A DNA stretch of 20,000 nt, from IMG/VR virus record IMGVR_UViG_3300027708_000002; one strand, given 5' to 3'. The DNA is from an uncultured virus (IMG/VR IMGVR_UViG_3300027708_000002) (taxonomy: Duplodnaviria; Heunggongvirae; Uroviricota; Caudoviricetes). A model generated the notes under the pieces. The model saw only the letters and a program-made list of their open reading frames with translations. It ran no database searches and was not told where the DNA came from. Position 1 is the stretch's first letter, and every line of letters starts with the position of its first letter. Both the position numbers and the translations under genes were made by a program. Shown here one piece after another: positions 8,543-16,785 of the stretch.

Positions 8543-10366
8543 ATGCAATCGCAAAACGGTACACCCCAAGGGCTTGCAGGGCTTGCACAACAACGGCAAC
8601 AACCGCAGATGCCTAACCCCGGCAACGCAAGTCCTATGGCTGGGCTGGGGAGTGTGGATGACCGTGTTTCAGCATATCAAGGCAACACAAAGCCGCTGGA
8701 GCAACGCTACGCAATGGGTCAAGACCTGCTTGATCTACTAGCACTCCAAAAGATTAAGTCCCAGAAGGACGCCGCTGCACGTCAAATGCAGTTGCAGATG
8801 GCGCAGCAAAACGCCCAGAACGGGCAAGCAAACATGACCGTAGCTCAGCAACGTGAGCAAGAAGTCAATGAGTTGACTAAAAACGAGATGGCACAACAGC
8901 GGGGAGATACCGCACAAAAGCAGACTTCTGACCTGATGGCCGGTATTGCTGCTGCCCCCGGTGCAAACGCCGCTGCACAACCTAACGCCATGGCTGCTGG
9001 CGGTATCGTGGGGTATGCCGGAGGCGGTGCAGTGGGCTACTTTAAGGGTGGTGATGTGGATGCTGCGCGAGAGCGCCGTAAAGTCGCCCAGCAAAAGTTG
9101 TATTCCTATGGGTTACGCCAGCGCCAGCAAGACCCCGAGGGGTATGCAGCCGCAGAGAAAGAAAGTCAGGAAGCCCAAGAAGCTTTAAATGCAGCCGAAA
9201 AAGAACTTACCGGTGGCCCTGTTGGGGCTATGCTGCGCCCTATGGGCGCTCCTGTACCTCGCCCTGCCGCTGCCGCTGCCCCAACGCCCGAAGCGCAAGC
9301 AACTGCTGTACCACCTGCGGCTCCCTCTGCCGCCCCTCAAGCGGCCCCTCCTGCGGCCCCAAAACCCCCTACTCAACAGGCTGCCCCGAGCCCCTCTGGT
9401 GATGGTGCCTTACCTCCCGCTGGTGGAGCCTCACCGGTTCAACTCGGTGTAGCTGGCCCCGCAAACGCCTTGGGTGCCAAACTTGAAGATATTACGTTAA
9501 AAAATGCACAGGTTGACCCCGCTGCCCGGCAGCTTTCGGAAGAAGAGCGTATTCAACAAAAAACGGCCCTTACACCCGAGCAACGCAAGGTGTATGAAGA
9601 AGGTATTGCCGGGTTACAGAAGATGTACCAAATGCAGTATGACCCCGAACGCCTACGCCAAGAAGGTCTTAAACGTGCCTTGATCGGTGCGGGTGGCCGT
9701 CGCTACGGCGAGTTTGCCGGTGCGGCTACAGCGGGTATGGATTATGACGAGCAACAACGCGCTGCCAAGCTAAAAGAGTTCGGTGACGTGCAGAAGGCTC
9801 GCACGGGTCTGATTGATATCGACCGCGCTAATGTCAAAGAAGGTATCGGTGCAGGTCAGAAAGCCTACGAACAGAGTAGCATGACCCAGCGTCAGGGTCT
9901 GGAGTCTGGCCGTGGTTTGTATGGTGACGATGTTAAGTCACGAGACACCCTATACAGTGTTAACGTGCAGTCTAAAGACAAAGCACTCGACCGCGAAATT
10001 GATAAACTTAAAGTTGCGGCACAGAACAATGCAACAGCGGCAATGCGGGAAGGGCAGTCCTACGATAAGGCTCGCACTATCTACTCAACCACAGTTAGTA
10101 GGGCCCAAGAACTTGAACGTCGTTTGGATGATGATTTCTCCAAACAGTACGGTATGTTGCTCATGCAAGAGCAAAATGGCAAAATGGATCCCGCACAGAA
10201 AAATCAACTGGACACTGCGAAGCTACAGCTTCAACAGCAAAAAGCCAAGATTCGTAGCGAGTTGGAACCGGTGCTTGAATCGGCACGTCAAAAACTTGGC
10301 ATAACGGACGGTAAACTATCCGCAGAAGACAAAGCATTGGTGAACAAGTACTCGGAAGGTAAGTGA
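8543..10366 (+). CDS. Internal virion/ejection-like helical protein (607 aa)
   Basis: TAAGGA SD. Q/A-rich helical sequence with a tandem AxGG motif (MAAGGIVGYAGGGAVGYFKGGDV) and a Pro/Ala linker. Lies directly before the giant gene. Confidence 0.7.
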   Translation: MQSQNGTPQGLAGLAQQRQQPQMPNPGNASPMAGLGSVDDRVSAYQGNTKPLEQRYAMGQDLLDLLALQKIKSQKDAAARQMQLQMAQQNAQNGQANMTVAQQREQEVNELTKNEMAQQRGDTAQKQTSDLMAGIAAAPGANAAAQPNAMAAGGIVGYAGGGAVGYFKGGDVDAARERRKVAQQKLYSYGLRQRQQDPEGYAAAEKESQEAQEALNAAEKELTGGPVGAMLRPMGAPVPRPAAAAAPTPEAQATAVPPAAPSAAPQAAPPAAPKPPTQQAAPSPSGDGALPPAGGASPVQLGVAGPANALGAKLEDITLKNAQVDPAARQLSEEERIQQKTALTPEQRKVYEEGIAGLQKMYQMQYDPERLRQEGLKRALIGAGGRRYGEFAGAATAGMDYDEQQRAAKLKEFGDVQKARTGLIDIDRANVKEGIGAGQKAYEQSSMTQRQGLESGRGLYGDDVKSRDTLYSVNVQSKDKALDREIDKLKVAAQNNATAAMREGQSYDKARTIYSTTVSRAQELERRLDDDFSKQYGMLLMQEQNGKMDPAQKNQLDTAKLQLQQQKAKIRSELEPVLESARQKLGITDGKLSAEDKALVNKYSEGK

Positions 10367-10367
10367 C

Positions 10368-13300
10368 ATGGACTTGCAAAATGTGCTGACCGCACTGCGG
10401 AATGCGGATGCGGCGGGTGACACGCAAGCTGCCCAACAGTTAGCACGGATCGCCCAATCCATGCGATCAGCCCCTTCCGAAGAGTCAGACATTGAGGCAC
10501 GTTTGCAACAGCTACGTGCCGAACGCGAGGAGTTGCTCAAGCCAAAACCCACAGTTGGCGGCAACATCAAAGAGGCGTTCAAAGGCGTAGTCCCCGGTGC
10601 AATTGGCTTGCTTGAAACTGCGGGAACTGGTATCGCAGCGTTGCTCCCCGACGACACAGAAAAGGCTGTGCGGGAACAAATCAAAGAGATTGCTGGCGTT
10701 GCCAAAAAACCATTTGAAGCGAGTGCGGGTTATGAAGATTCCGTCGGTCGTAAGTTAGGTGAAGGTTTAGGTTCAACCCTACCGTTCTTTGCCGCTGGCC
10801 CCCTCGGTATAGTTGGGCGTGTTGCCGCTAGTGGTCTTGGTGTTGCTGCTGGCGCTGGTGAAGCTCGTGAGGGTGCTGAAGCCAAGGGCGCAACTAAAGA
10901 AGAACGTTCTACCGCCACACTACTCGGCGCACCTACTGGTCTGCTGGACATGCTGGCACCCCAGATTAAACCGTTTAAGAGTCTGGTAGGCACCGCACTA
11001 GCACGTGGTGGCATAGAGGGCGCAACGGAAGCCGCACAGAAAATAGCCCAGAACTTGATCGCCAAGGGTGTGTATGACCCCGAGCAACCTATTGTGGCTG
11101 GCTCTGGGGAAGAGGGTGCGTACGGCGCTGGAGTTGGTGCACTAGCTAGCTTGATTGTTGACATGACCGTGGGCCGTAAGGCTCGCCGCGCATCATTGGG
11201 GCTGGACAAAGAAACCCCTGCACCGGGGGGCGAAAAACCTGCTGCTGGGCAACAACTGTTGGGATACACCCCGCCTACGCCTATGGTTACCCCCGAGGGG
11301 GAAACACTCACCACCACCGAACAGCAAGAAGCGTATGCGGCGCGGAAAAAAGCAGATGCGCAACAACGTGTACAAGACATACAAACTTCTGACCCCCTTG
11401 CCAACTTGTCCGCTGACCAACGCGACCTTGCACGTCGTGGTAAAGAAGCCGCACTAGCCGAAGCATTCGGACAAAAGCAAGAGCCGGGGCAGCTTGGCTT
11501 GCCGGGAATTGAGCGTGAAGACGGTACTGTAGAGGTGCCCGGCCAAGGGCGCATATCCCCCAAAGCCGTAGAAGAAGTTAGGGCGGGGGAAGAAGTTGCG
11601 CCCAAGCAAGACACCCAAACCCGCGACATGATCGACGAGTTGGAAACCCAACAAATCGAAGAGATGCAGCAGGCCGATGCTGCAAAGCAAGACAAGGCTA
11701 AAGCGGATGAGGCACGCCTAAAGTTTGAGTCTGACCTTGCCGAATTGACTGGGCAGGTAGATAGGAAGCAGGAAAAAACAACTCAGGACACGCGCCTTGA
11801 GTTGTTACTGCCAATTGTTGAGTCAGACACTAAGAACATCCCTAAAGCATTTGTACAGAGTCTTAAGCGTGAGGGCATCACCAACACCAACCTCACTGAC
11901 CGTGAACGTGACCTTATCAACCGTGCCTACGACATTCGGCTGGCAGAGGCACCCGTGTTTGAAACCCTGCCGGTAATTAAACAGCCCGAAGGACAACTTA
12001 AAGCAATCGAGTCCCTTATTCCTGAAAAGAAGTCACAGCGTGTACCTGAACAGGTGGGTTTCCCGGGCATGGGTAAGCCGAAGGGTGCCGCACCCCAAGC
12101 GTTCTCTAAAGAAGAGCTTGCACTCCAAGAAGATCAAGATAAACAATTCGATACGGTGCTTACACCCGAGGTGTTGGCTAGCGCTGGGCTACCAAAGCAG
12201 TCGGGGTTCTATAAGCAGTTACTGAACATGGACATGGCTGATGCCGCTCAGCAGCCCATAGTTGCAAATATTTTTGGCCGTATACGTACTAACGCTAGCC
12301 TATCCGCATCGACTAAGGACGCAGTTGAAAACCTAGCTATGCGAGCATTTGGCGGACTTGCTAAGCAAGGCGATATGTTTGTACCGGCTACACCCACTAC
12401 ACCCACTAACACCACTAAGGAAGGTAAGAAAGATGCGACCCCAGCAAAGCCAGCCGCCAAAGAACCTGTCGCACGAGGACGTGGTACGGACACAGGAAAT
12501 GTCGCTGGAGGAACTAGAACTAGCGATGCAGGTAGTAAAGTTAGCGGAGGGGAAGACAAGCGTGCTGGAGTTTCTGCCGATACCGAACAGCCTAAAGCAC
12601 CTAAGTCCGCTGGATTGGGAAGTAGTGGGAAACCTGCTAATGTCTCTGGAGTACGAGCAAGCGTGGAGCCGAGTGCACTGAAGAAGGCCGAGCCGAAGGC
12701 CGAAGCTAAGCCCGAGGCTAAACCGGAAGTCAAGGCAGCGCCGAAGGTCGAGAAGGCCAAGCCAGAAACCAAGGCCGAAGCCAAGCCGGAAGTTAAGGCC
12801 GAAGCTAAGCCTGAAGCTAAGTCGACAGCCAAACCCGAGAAGGCCCAATCTAACGCAAGTTTCGGTGCGTACGGTCAAGTGATGGAGGCTGAAAGCCGGT
12901 CGGATGCGCTTGACTATTTGGCGTATGACATGTACATAGCCATGTTTGAGAAGTTCAAACTGCTTACCCGCATTGACACGCTCAACGACATTAATGCACA
13001 GCTTCGCAACGGCCAAATACCCGAGGTTGCATTCGGGCGTGAAGGTACAACTTCTATCGTGCCGTTGAGCGGTGGTAAGTATGCCAAGGCGTTTTACGAA
13101 TCCCTGACGACGGCAGACAAGAAAGCACTTGCAGGAAAAATGGCCGAGCACTTTGGCGCATCCGAAAATGCGGTGCGTCGTGGCACTGCGCAATTCAGCG
13201 CACAACAAGAGTTGGCCCGTGCTACTTCTGAGCAATTCAACGGCGATGTTCTAGAGCTTGCAAAAGATGCGGCGACCCTAAGTATGCCTTTGCACCCTGC

Positions 13301-16300
13301 CATCCGTAAGGCGTTGGAGGCCGGTGATCTGCGCGGCGCTCTGACTATGCTGGGTTCGCAAAACCTTGGCCGTGCATCTACGGCTGCTAAAAAGTTGTCC
13401 GACGCAATCGGCAAGACTAAAGTCAAACTGGTTGCAGGTTTGAAGAACGATGCGGGTAACCCCGTTGCAGGTCTGTACGATCCCAAGACAGACACTATTA
13501 CGCTAGACGCGGGTGCGGGTTTAAATAATCACGTGCTATTACATGAAGTTGTACACGCCGCCACCTCACATGTGCTAGATAACAAGTCACACCCAGTGAC
13601 TAAACAACTTACAGAGCTTTACAACAATGTCAAAGACTCACTAGACACGGCGTACGGTGCGCAGTCTCTGGACGAGTTCGTTGCCGAAGCTTTCAGTAAT
13701 CCAGAGTTCCAACAGAAGTTGGCAGGGATTAACCCCAAGGGTGAACCCATTACTGCGTTGCGTCGGTTCATGCACGCTATTAGGAATTTCATGCGTACCC
13801 TCATGGGTACTGGAACAAAGAGTATGGATACGGCGCTCGACGCTTCCGACTCGTTGACCAACGCTATCCTGTCCCCTGCACCTGAGTACCGCGATGCGGG
13901 GTCGCTATTTGCGGCATCCTTATTGGGTAAGAGTTCCGCAGTTTTCAAGTCTTTGGACGACCGAATCCTCTCGCTACCAGCGATGGACAACAAGATTGTT
14001 AGTGGTATCTACGAGTTGTTCCGTGAAGGAGTACCTTCAGCCACTAAAAAAATCGTGCTTCGTAGCTTGCCGCTAAACGCGCTAACAGAGGTCGCCAAAA
14101 AAGATATCCCCATGGCCCCTAAACTATCCGAGTTGGAAAAGCTTTGGAGTGGCGCGGTCGATAAGCGCAAGCAAGCTGCGCAAGCTACCATGAAAAACAT
14201 CCAGAACTGGATTAAAGGCAACCCCGAGAAAGAAGCTACGTTAAACGACGTTATTGCTAACAGCACGTTGGAGCAGGTTGACCCATCTAAGCCCCGCGCT
14301 GACTACAAAGGCCAGCAGTCCGAAAGCGGCGCAGACAAGCAAAAAGTGTGGGACGACCTGCAACCTAAGTGGAACAAGCTTGGCCCCGAGGGGCAGAGTG
14401 CTTACAAGCAGATGCGTGACACGTACGCCAAGACTTATGGCGAGTTAGTTGACTTGTTGCTTGCTAGGGTTGACTCTTCCGTAAAAGACAAAGAAGACGC
14501 CAAGAAACTTAAAGCTGAGATTTACCAGCGCCTTATGGCTAAAGGCAAGATCGAACCGTACTTCCCACTATCACGTTCCGGCGACTACCGCCTCTCATAC
14601 GACCTTAAAGGGGAGCACTACGTCGAGCACTATGAGAATTCGGTTGATCGTGAACGGGCAATAAAGGCGCTGGAAGCCGACGGCACGGCTAAGAACGTGC
14701 AGAGATTTAAGAGTGGTGATTCCAAGCGGACGTATAAAGATGCGCCGTCAACATCGTTTGTAAATTCTGTGTTGCGTACGCTAGACGCTAACAAAGTTGA
14801 TCCCGAAGTAACCGACGAGATCATGCGCACTTTCCTAAACATGATGCCGGAGTCGTCGTTTGCACAGGCGTTCCGTAAACGTAAGAACACGCCCGGTTTT
14901 AACTTTGATGCAACCGCCACGTTCTATACCCGGTCTATGGGCATGGCCCACCAGATGGCTAATCTTGAATACGGTAACAAGATGTACCAACTGCGCGATG
15001 AGATTGAGGAACACGTCAAAACAAAGAATACTACTGAACCCGCCCGTGCTATGGCCGACGAACTGAACGGTCACATCAAGACATTGGTAAGTCCTGAAAT
15101 TGCACCTTGGTCAAAGGCTCTGACCTCCACAGCTTTTGGTTGGACATTGGGTTTTAACGTATCGTCTGCGGTCGTCAACTTGTCGCAAGTCCCACTGGTG
15201 ATGGTGCCTTACCTCGGCGGTAAGTACGGCTACTCCGAAACGACTAAAGCCATAGGTTCAGCAACCCGTTTGTTTTTCGGCAGCGGCCTCAAACGCAACG
15301 CCGAGATGACTGTACCTACCGCTGACGGCAAGTCCAAGATCGAACTGAAAGCCAGCTTCTCTTTGGACAATTACGACTTTGATGCCAAGGGGGTTCCAGA
15401 AGATGTTAAGCAACTAAAAGAATTATCTGAAGTTGCAGCGGACTACGGCTTACTTAGCCGGTCATTGACGCACGACATTCTAGACATGGACGAGAAGTCC
15501 ACTGTACTTAACCGTGTAAACGCATGGTCTGGGTTTATCTTCCACCATGGCGAGCGTATGAATCGTCAGGTTTCGCTGATTGCTTCTTACAAGCTTGAGC
15601 TTGAGCGCATGGCTAAAGCCGGTGAAGATATCAACAGCGCCTCACGCACCGAAGCGGCCAAACGCGCCGTGGAGATTACTGAGTTGATGAACGGTGGCGC
15701 ATCCGCAGGTAGTGCCCCGCTGCTGGCAAAGAACTCGCTGGGCAAGGTCTTGTTCATGTACAAGCGGTACGGTGTTTCCATGTATTACATGATGTTCAAG
15801 ACGGCCCGGGAAGCTATGAAGTCTGAGGACAAGCAAGTACGCGACGCTGCTATGCGGCAAATCGTGGGTATTTATGCCTCCGCAGGAATGATGGCTGGGG
15901 TGCAGGGTCTGCCAATGTTTGGCATCTTGGCTGCTGTATATAACTTGTTCAAGGGTGATGACGAGGACGATGCCGAGACCGCTGCACGCAAGTATCTTGG
16001 TGAGGGTCTGTTCAACGGCGCAGTCAACTACCTGACCGGCAGTGCCATCTCCAACCGTATCGGCTTGTCTGACCTGCTGATTAGCAGCACGGGATATAAA
16101 GAGCAAGACAACGCAATGTTGGCCTTTATGCAGCTTATGGGTGGCCCGGTTTACGGTGTTGCTGATCGGATACAGCAAGGCGTTAAGATGATTAACGAGG
16201 GTGACACCGAACGTGGTTTGGAGCGCATGCTTCCCGCAGGTATCGCCAACGGTATGAAAGGTATCCGGTTTGCCACAGAAGGTGCCAACACACTGCGTGG

Positions 16301-16682
16301 AGACCCCATTACCGGTGAGATGTCAACATCTAATGCAGCGGCGCAATTCTTTGGGTTTGCCCCCGCCGAATACACCCGTCAGCTAGAGATCAACGCTTCC
16401 CTAAAGAACATCGACCGACGCGCCGCTACACAACGCACCAAGGCGTTGCGCGACTACTACATTGCTGCACGGGTCGGGGATACTGATGGGATGGCTGATG
16501 CCATGGAGGACATGATGAAGTTCAACCGTGCCCACCCCGGATATGCGATTACAGCTAAGACGGTGCAGAATTCTATGGCTCAGCACATGAGAACAACTCA
16601 GTCTATGTACCACGGCGTTACCTTCAGCAAGGGTATGCGCAACGAGCTATTGCAGAACGCTTCGGAGTTTGACGAGGATTAA
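10368..16682 (+). CDS. Large polyvalent/internal virion protein with zincin metallopeptidase (MPTase-like) and PLxRFG-like domain (2104 aa)
   Basis: Gly/Ala-rich N-terminal region. GLYDP..DTITL..LLHEVVHA (HExxH at 13542-13556) with downstream DEFVAE (13671-13688). EPYFPLSRSGDY (PLxRxG at 14565-14582) and LGFNVSSAVVNLSQ in the C-terminal ~700 aa. Confidence 0.82.
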   Translation: MDLQNVLTALRNADAAGDTQAAQQLARIAQSMRSAPSEESDIEARLQQLRAEREELLKPKPTVGGNIKEAFKGVVPGAIGLLETAGTGIAALLPDDTEKAVREQIKEIAGVAKKPFEASAGYEDSVGRKLGEGLGSTLPFFAAGPLGIVGRVAASGLGVAAGAGEAREGAEAKGATKEERSTATLLGAPTGLLDMLAPQIKPFKSLVGTALARGGIEGATEAAQKIAQNLIAKGVYDPEQPIVAGSGEEGAYGAGVGALASLIVDMTVGRKARRASLGLDKETPAPGGEKPAAGQQLLGYTPPTPMVTPEGETLTTTEQQEAYAARKKADAQQRVQDIQTSDPLANLSADQRDLARRGKEAALAEAFGQKQEPGQLGLPGIEREDGTVEVPGQGRISPKAVEEVRAGEEVAPKQDTQTRDMIDELETQQIEEMQQADAAKQDKAKADEARLKFESDLAELTGQVDRKQEKTTQDTRLELLLPIVESDTKNIPKAFVQSLKREGITNTNLTDRERDLINRAYDIRLAEAPVFETLPVIKQPEGQLKAIESLIPEKKSQRVPEQVGFPGMGKPKGAAPQAFSKEELALQEDQDKQFDTVLTPEVLASAGLPKQSGFYKQLLNMDMADAAQQPIVANIFGRIRTNASLSASTKDAVENLAMRAFGGLAKQGDMFVPATPTTPTNTTKEGKKDATPAKPAAKEPVARGRGTDTGNVAGGTRTSDAGSKVSGGEDKRAGVSADTEQPKAPKSAGLGSSGKPANVSGVRASVEPSALKKAEPKAEAKPEAKPEVKAAPKVEKAKPETKAEAKPEVKAEAKPEAKSTAKPEKAQSNASFGAYGQVMEAESRSDALDYLAYDMYIAMFEKFKLLTRIDTLNDINAQLRNGQIPEVAFGREGTTSIVPLSGGKYAKAFYESLTTADKKALAGKMAEHFGASENAVRRGTAQFSAQQELARATSEQFNGDVLELAKDAATLSMPLHPAIRKALEAGDLRGALTMLGSQNLGRASTAAKKLSDAIGKTKVKLVAGLKNDAGNPVAGLYDPKTDTITLDAGAGLNNHVLLHEVVHAATSHVLDNKSHPVTKQLTELYNNVKDSLDTAYGAQSLDEFVAEAFSNPEFQQKLAGINPKGEPITALRRFMHAIRNFMRTLMGTGTKSMDTALDASDSLTNAILSPAPEYRDAGSLFAASLLGKSSAVFKSLDDRILSLPAMDNKIVSGIYELFREGVPSATKKIVLRSLPLNALTEVAKKDIPMAPKLSELEKLWSGAVDKRKQAAQATMKNIQNWIKGNPEKEATLNDVIANSTLEQVDPSKPRADYKGQQSESGADKQKVWDDLQPKWNKLGPEGQSAYKQMRDTYAKTYGELVDLLLARVDSSVKDKEDAKKLKAEIYQRLMAKGKIEPYFPLSRSGDYRLSYDLKGEHYVEHYENSVDRERAIKALEADGTAKNVQRFKSGDSKRTYKDAPSTSFVNSVLRTLDANKVDPEVTDEIMRTFLNMMPESSFAQAFRKRKNTPGFNFDATATFYTRSMGMAHQMANLEYGNKMYQLRDEIEEHVKTKNTTEPARAMADELNGHIKTLVSPEIAPWSKALTSTAFGWTLGFNVSSAVVNLSQVPLVMVPYLGGKYGYSETTKAIGSATRLFFGSGLKRNAEMTVPTADGKSKIELKASFSLDNYDFDAKGVPEDVKQLKELSEVAADYGLLSRSLTHDILDMDEKSTVLNRVNAWSGFIFHHGERMNRQVSLIASYKLELERMAKAGEDINSASRTEAAKRAVEITELMNGGASAGSAPLLAKNSLGKVLFMYKRYGVSMYYMMFKTAREAMKSEDKQVRDAAMRQIVGIYASAGMMAGVQGLPMFGILAAVYNLFKGDDEDDAETAARKYLGEGLFNGAVNYLTGSAISNRIGLSDLLISSTGYKEQDNAMLAFMQLMGGPVYGVADRIQQGVKMINEGDTERGLERMLPAGIANGMKGIRFATEGANTLRGDPITGEMSTSNAAAQFFGFAPAEYTRQLEINASLKNIDRRAATQRTKALRDYYIAARVGDTDGMADAMEDMMKFNRAHPGYAITAKTVQNSMAQHMRTTQSMYHGVTFSKGMRNELLQNASEFDED
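12433..12681 (+). CDS. Candidate overprinted small protein (82 aa) nested in the +1 frame of the giant gene
   Basis: TAAGGAAGGT SD 7 nt before ATG 12433. Product MRPQQSQPPKNLSHEDVVRTQEMSLEELELAMQVVKLAEGKTSVLEFLPIPNSLKHLSPLDWEVVGNLLMSLEYEQAWSRVH has two amphipathic helices. The host frame here is a low-complexity linker with skewed Gly codons. Confidence 0.7.
   Translation: MRPQQSQPPKNLSHEDVVRTQEMSLEELELAMQVVKLAEGKTSVLEFLPIPNSLKHLSPLDWEVVGNLLMSLEYEQAWSRVH
12685..12845 (+). repeat. Degenerate coding repeat (K)AEAKPE / AKPEVK
   Basis: AEPKAEAKPEAKPEVKAAPKVEKAKPETKAEAKPEVKAEAKPEAKSTAKPEK; synonymous codons vary between copies. Confidence 0.85.
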
Positions 16683-16711
16683 AAAAACCCCTGCTTTTTA
16701 CGGCAGGGGTT
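16681..16711 (-). terminator. Intrinsic terminator at the convergent junction (strong on -, possibly bidirectional)
   Basis: The minus strand reads AACCCCTGC-CGTAAAAA-GCAGGGGTT-TTTTT: stem 16688-16694/16703-16709 followed by T7. On + the stem is followed only by TTAAATCCTTTT. Confidence 0.88.
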
Positions 16712-16750
16712 AAATCCTTTTCCAAGGAGAACGAAGACAGGGAGACTGTC
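16681..16750 (-). ncRNA. Candidate ~70-nt small RNA with CU-rich anti-SD segments
   Basis: Bounded by a promoter-like element and a terminator. Three tandem hairpins: GACAG-UCUCC-CUGUC, UCCUU-GGAA-AAGGA and the terminator. Confidence 0.5.
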
Positions 16751-16756
16751 AAGCGG

Positions 16757-16785
16757 ATAGTATCACAGCCGCCGCCAAATGCGAA
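16757..16785 (-). promoter_or_regulatory. Putative sigma70 promoter with extended -10
   Basis: -35 TTCGCA (16785-16780), 17-nt spacer ending TGTGA (TG-n extended -10), -10 TACTAT (16762-16757). The predicted +1 G at 16750 is the first base of a hairpin. Confidence 0.55.

Noticed and set aside
8226..10304. Alternate-frame + strand ORFs (8226-8741, 8946-9188, 9189-9452, 9912-10304) as further nested genes
   Set aside because: I saw no convincing SD-start pairs and the compositions look like frame shadows, unlike 12433-12681.
12349..12432. TTG-started 110-aa version of the nested ORF
   Set aside because: There is no SD at 12349; the strong SD points to ATG 12433.
10730..13235. Long antisense ORFs (321, 194 and 300 aa)
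   Set aside because: They are Ser/Ala- or Arg/Leu/Phe-rich mirror translations of the giant gene with no recognisable motifs.
16721..16745. AAGGAG/GGGAG as ribosome-binding sites for a + strand gene
   Set aside because: No start codon or ORF follows at a suitable distance; they are better explained as the complement of the CU-rich RNA segments.
16747..16752. Perfect TTGACA on the - strand
   Set aside because: No -10 hexamer lies 16-18 nt downstream (CTCCTT region); it overlaps the predicted RNA start instead.
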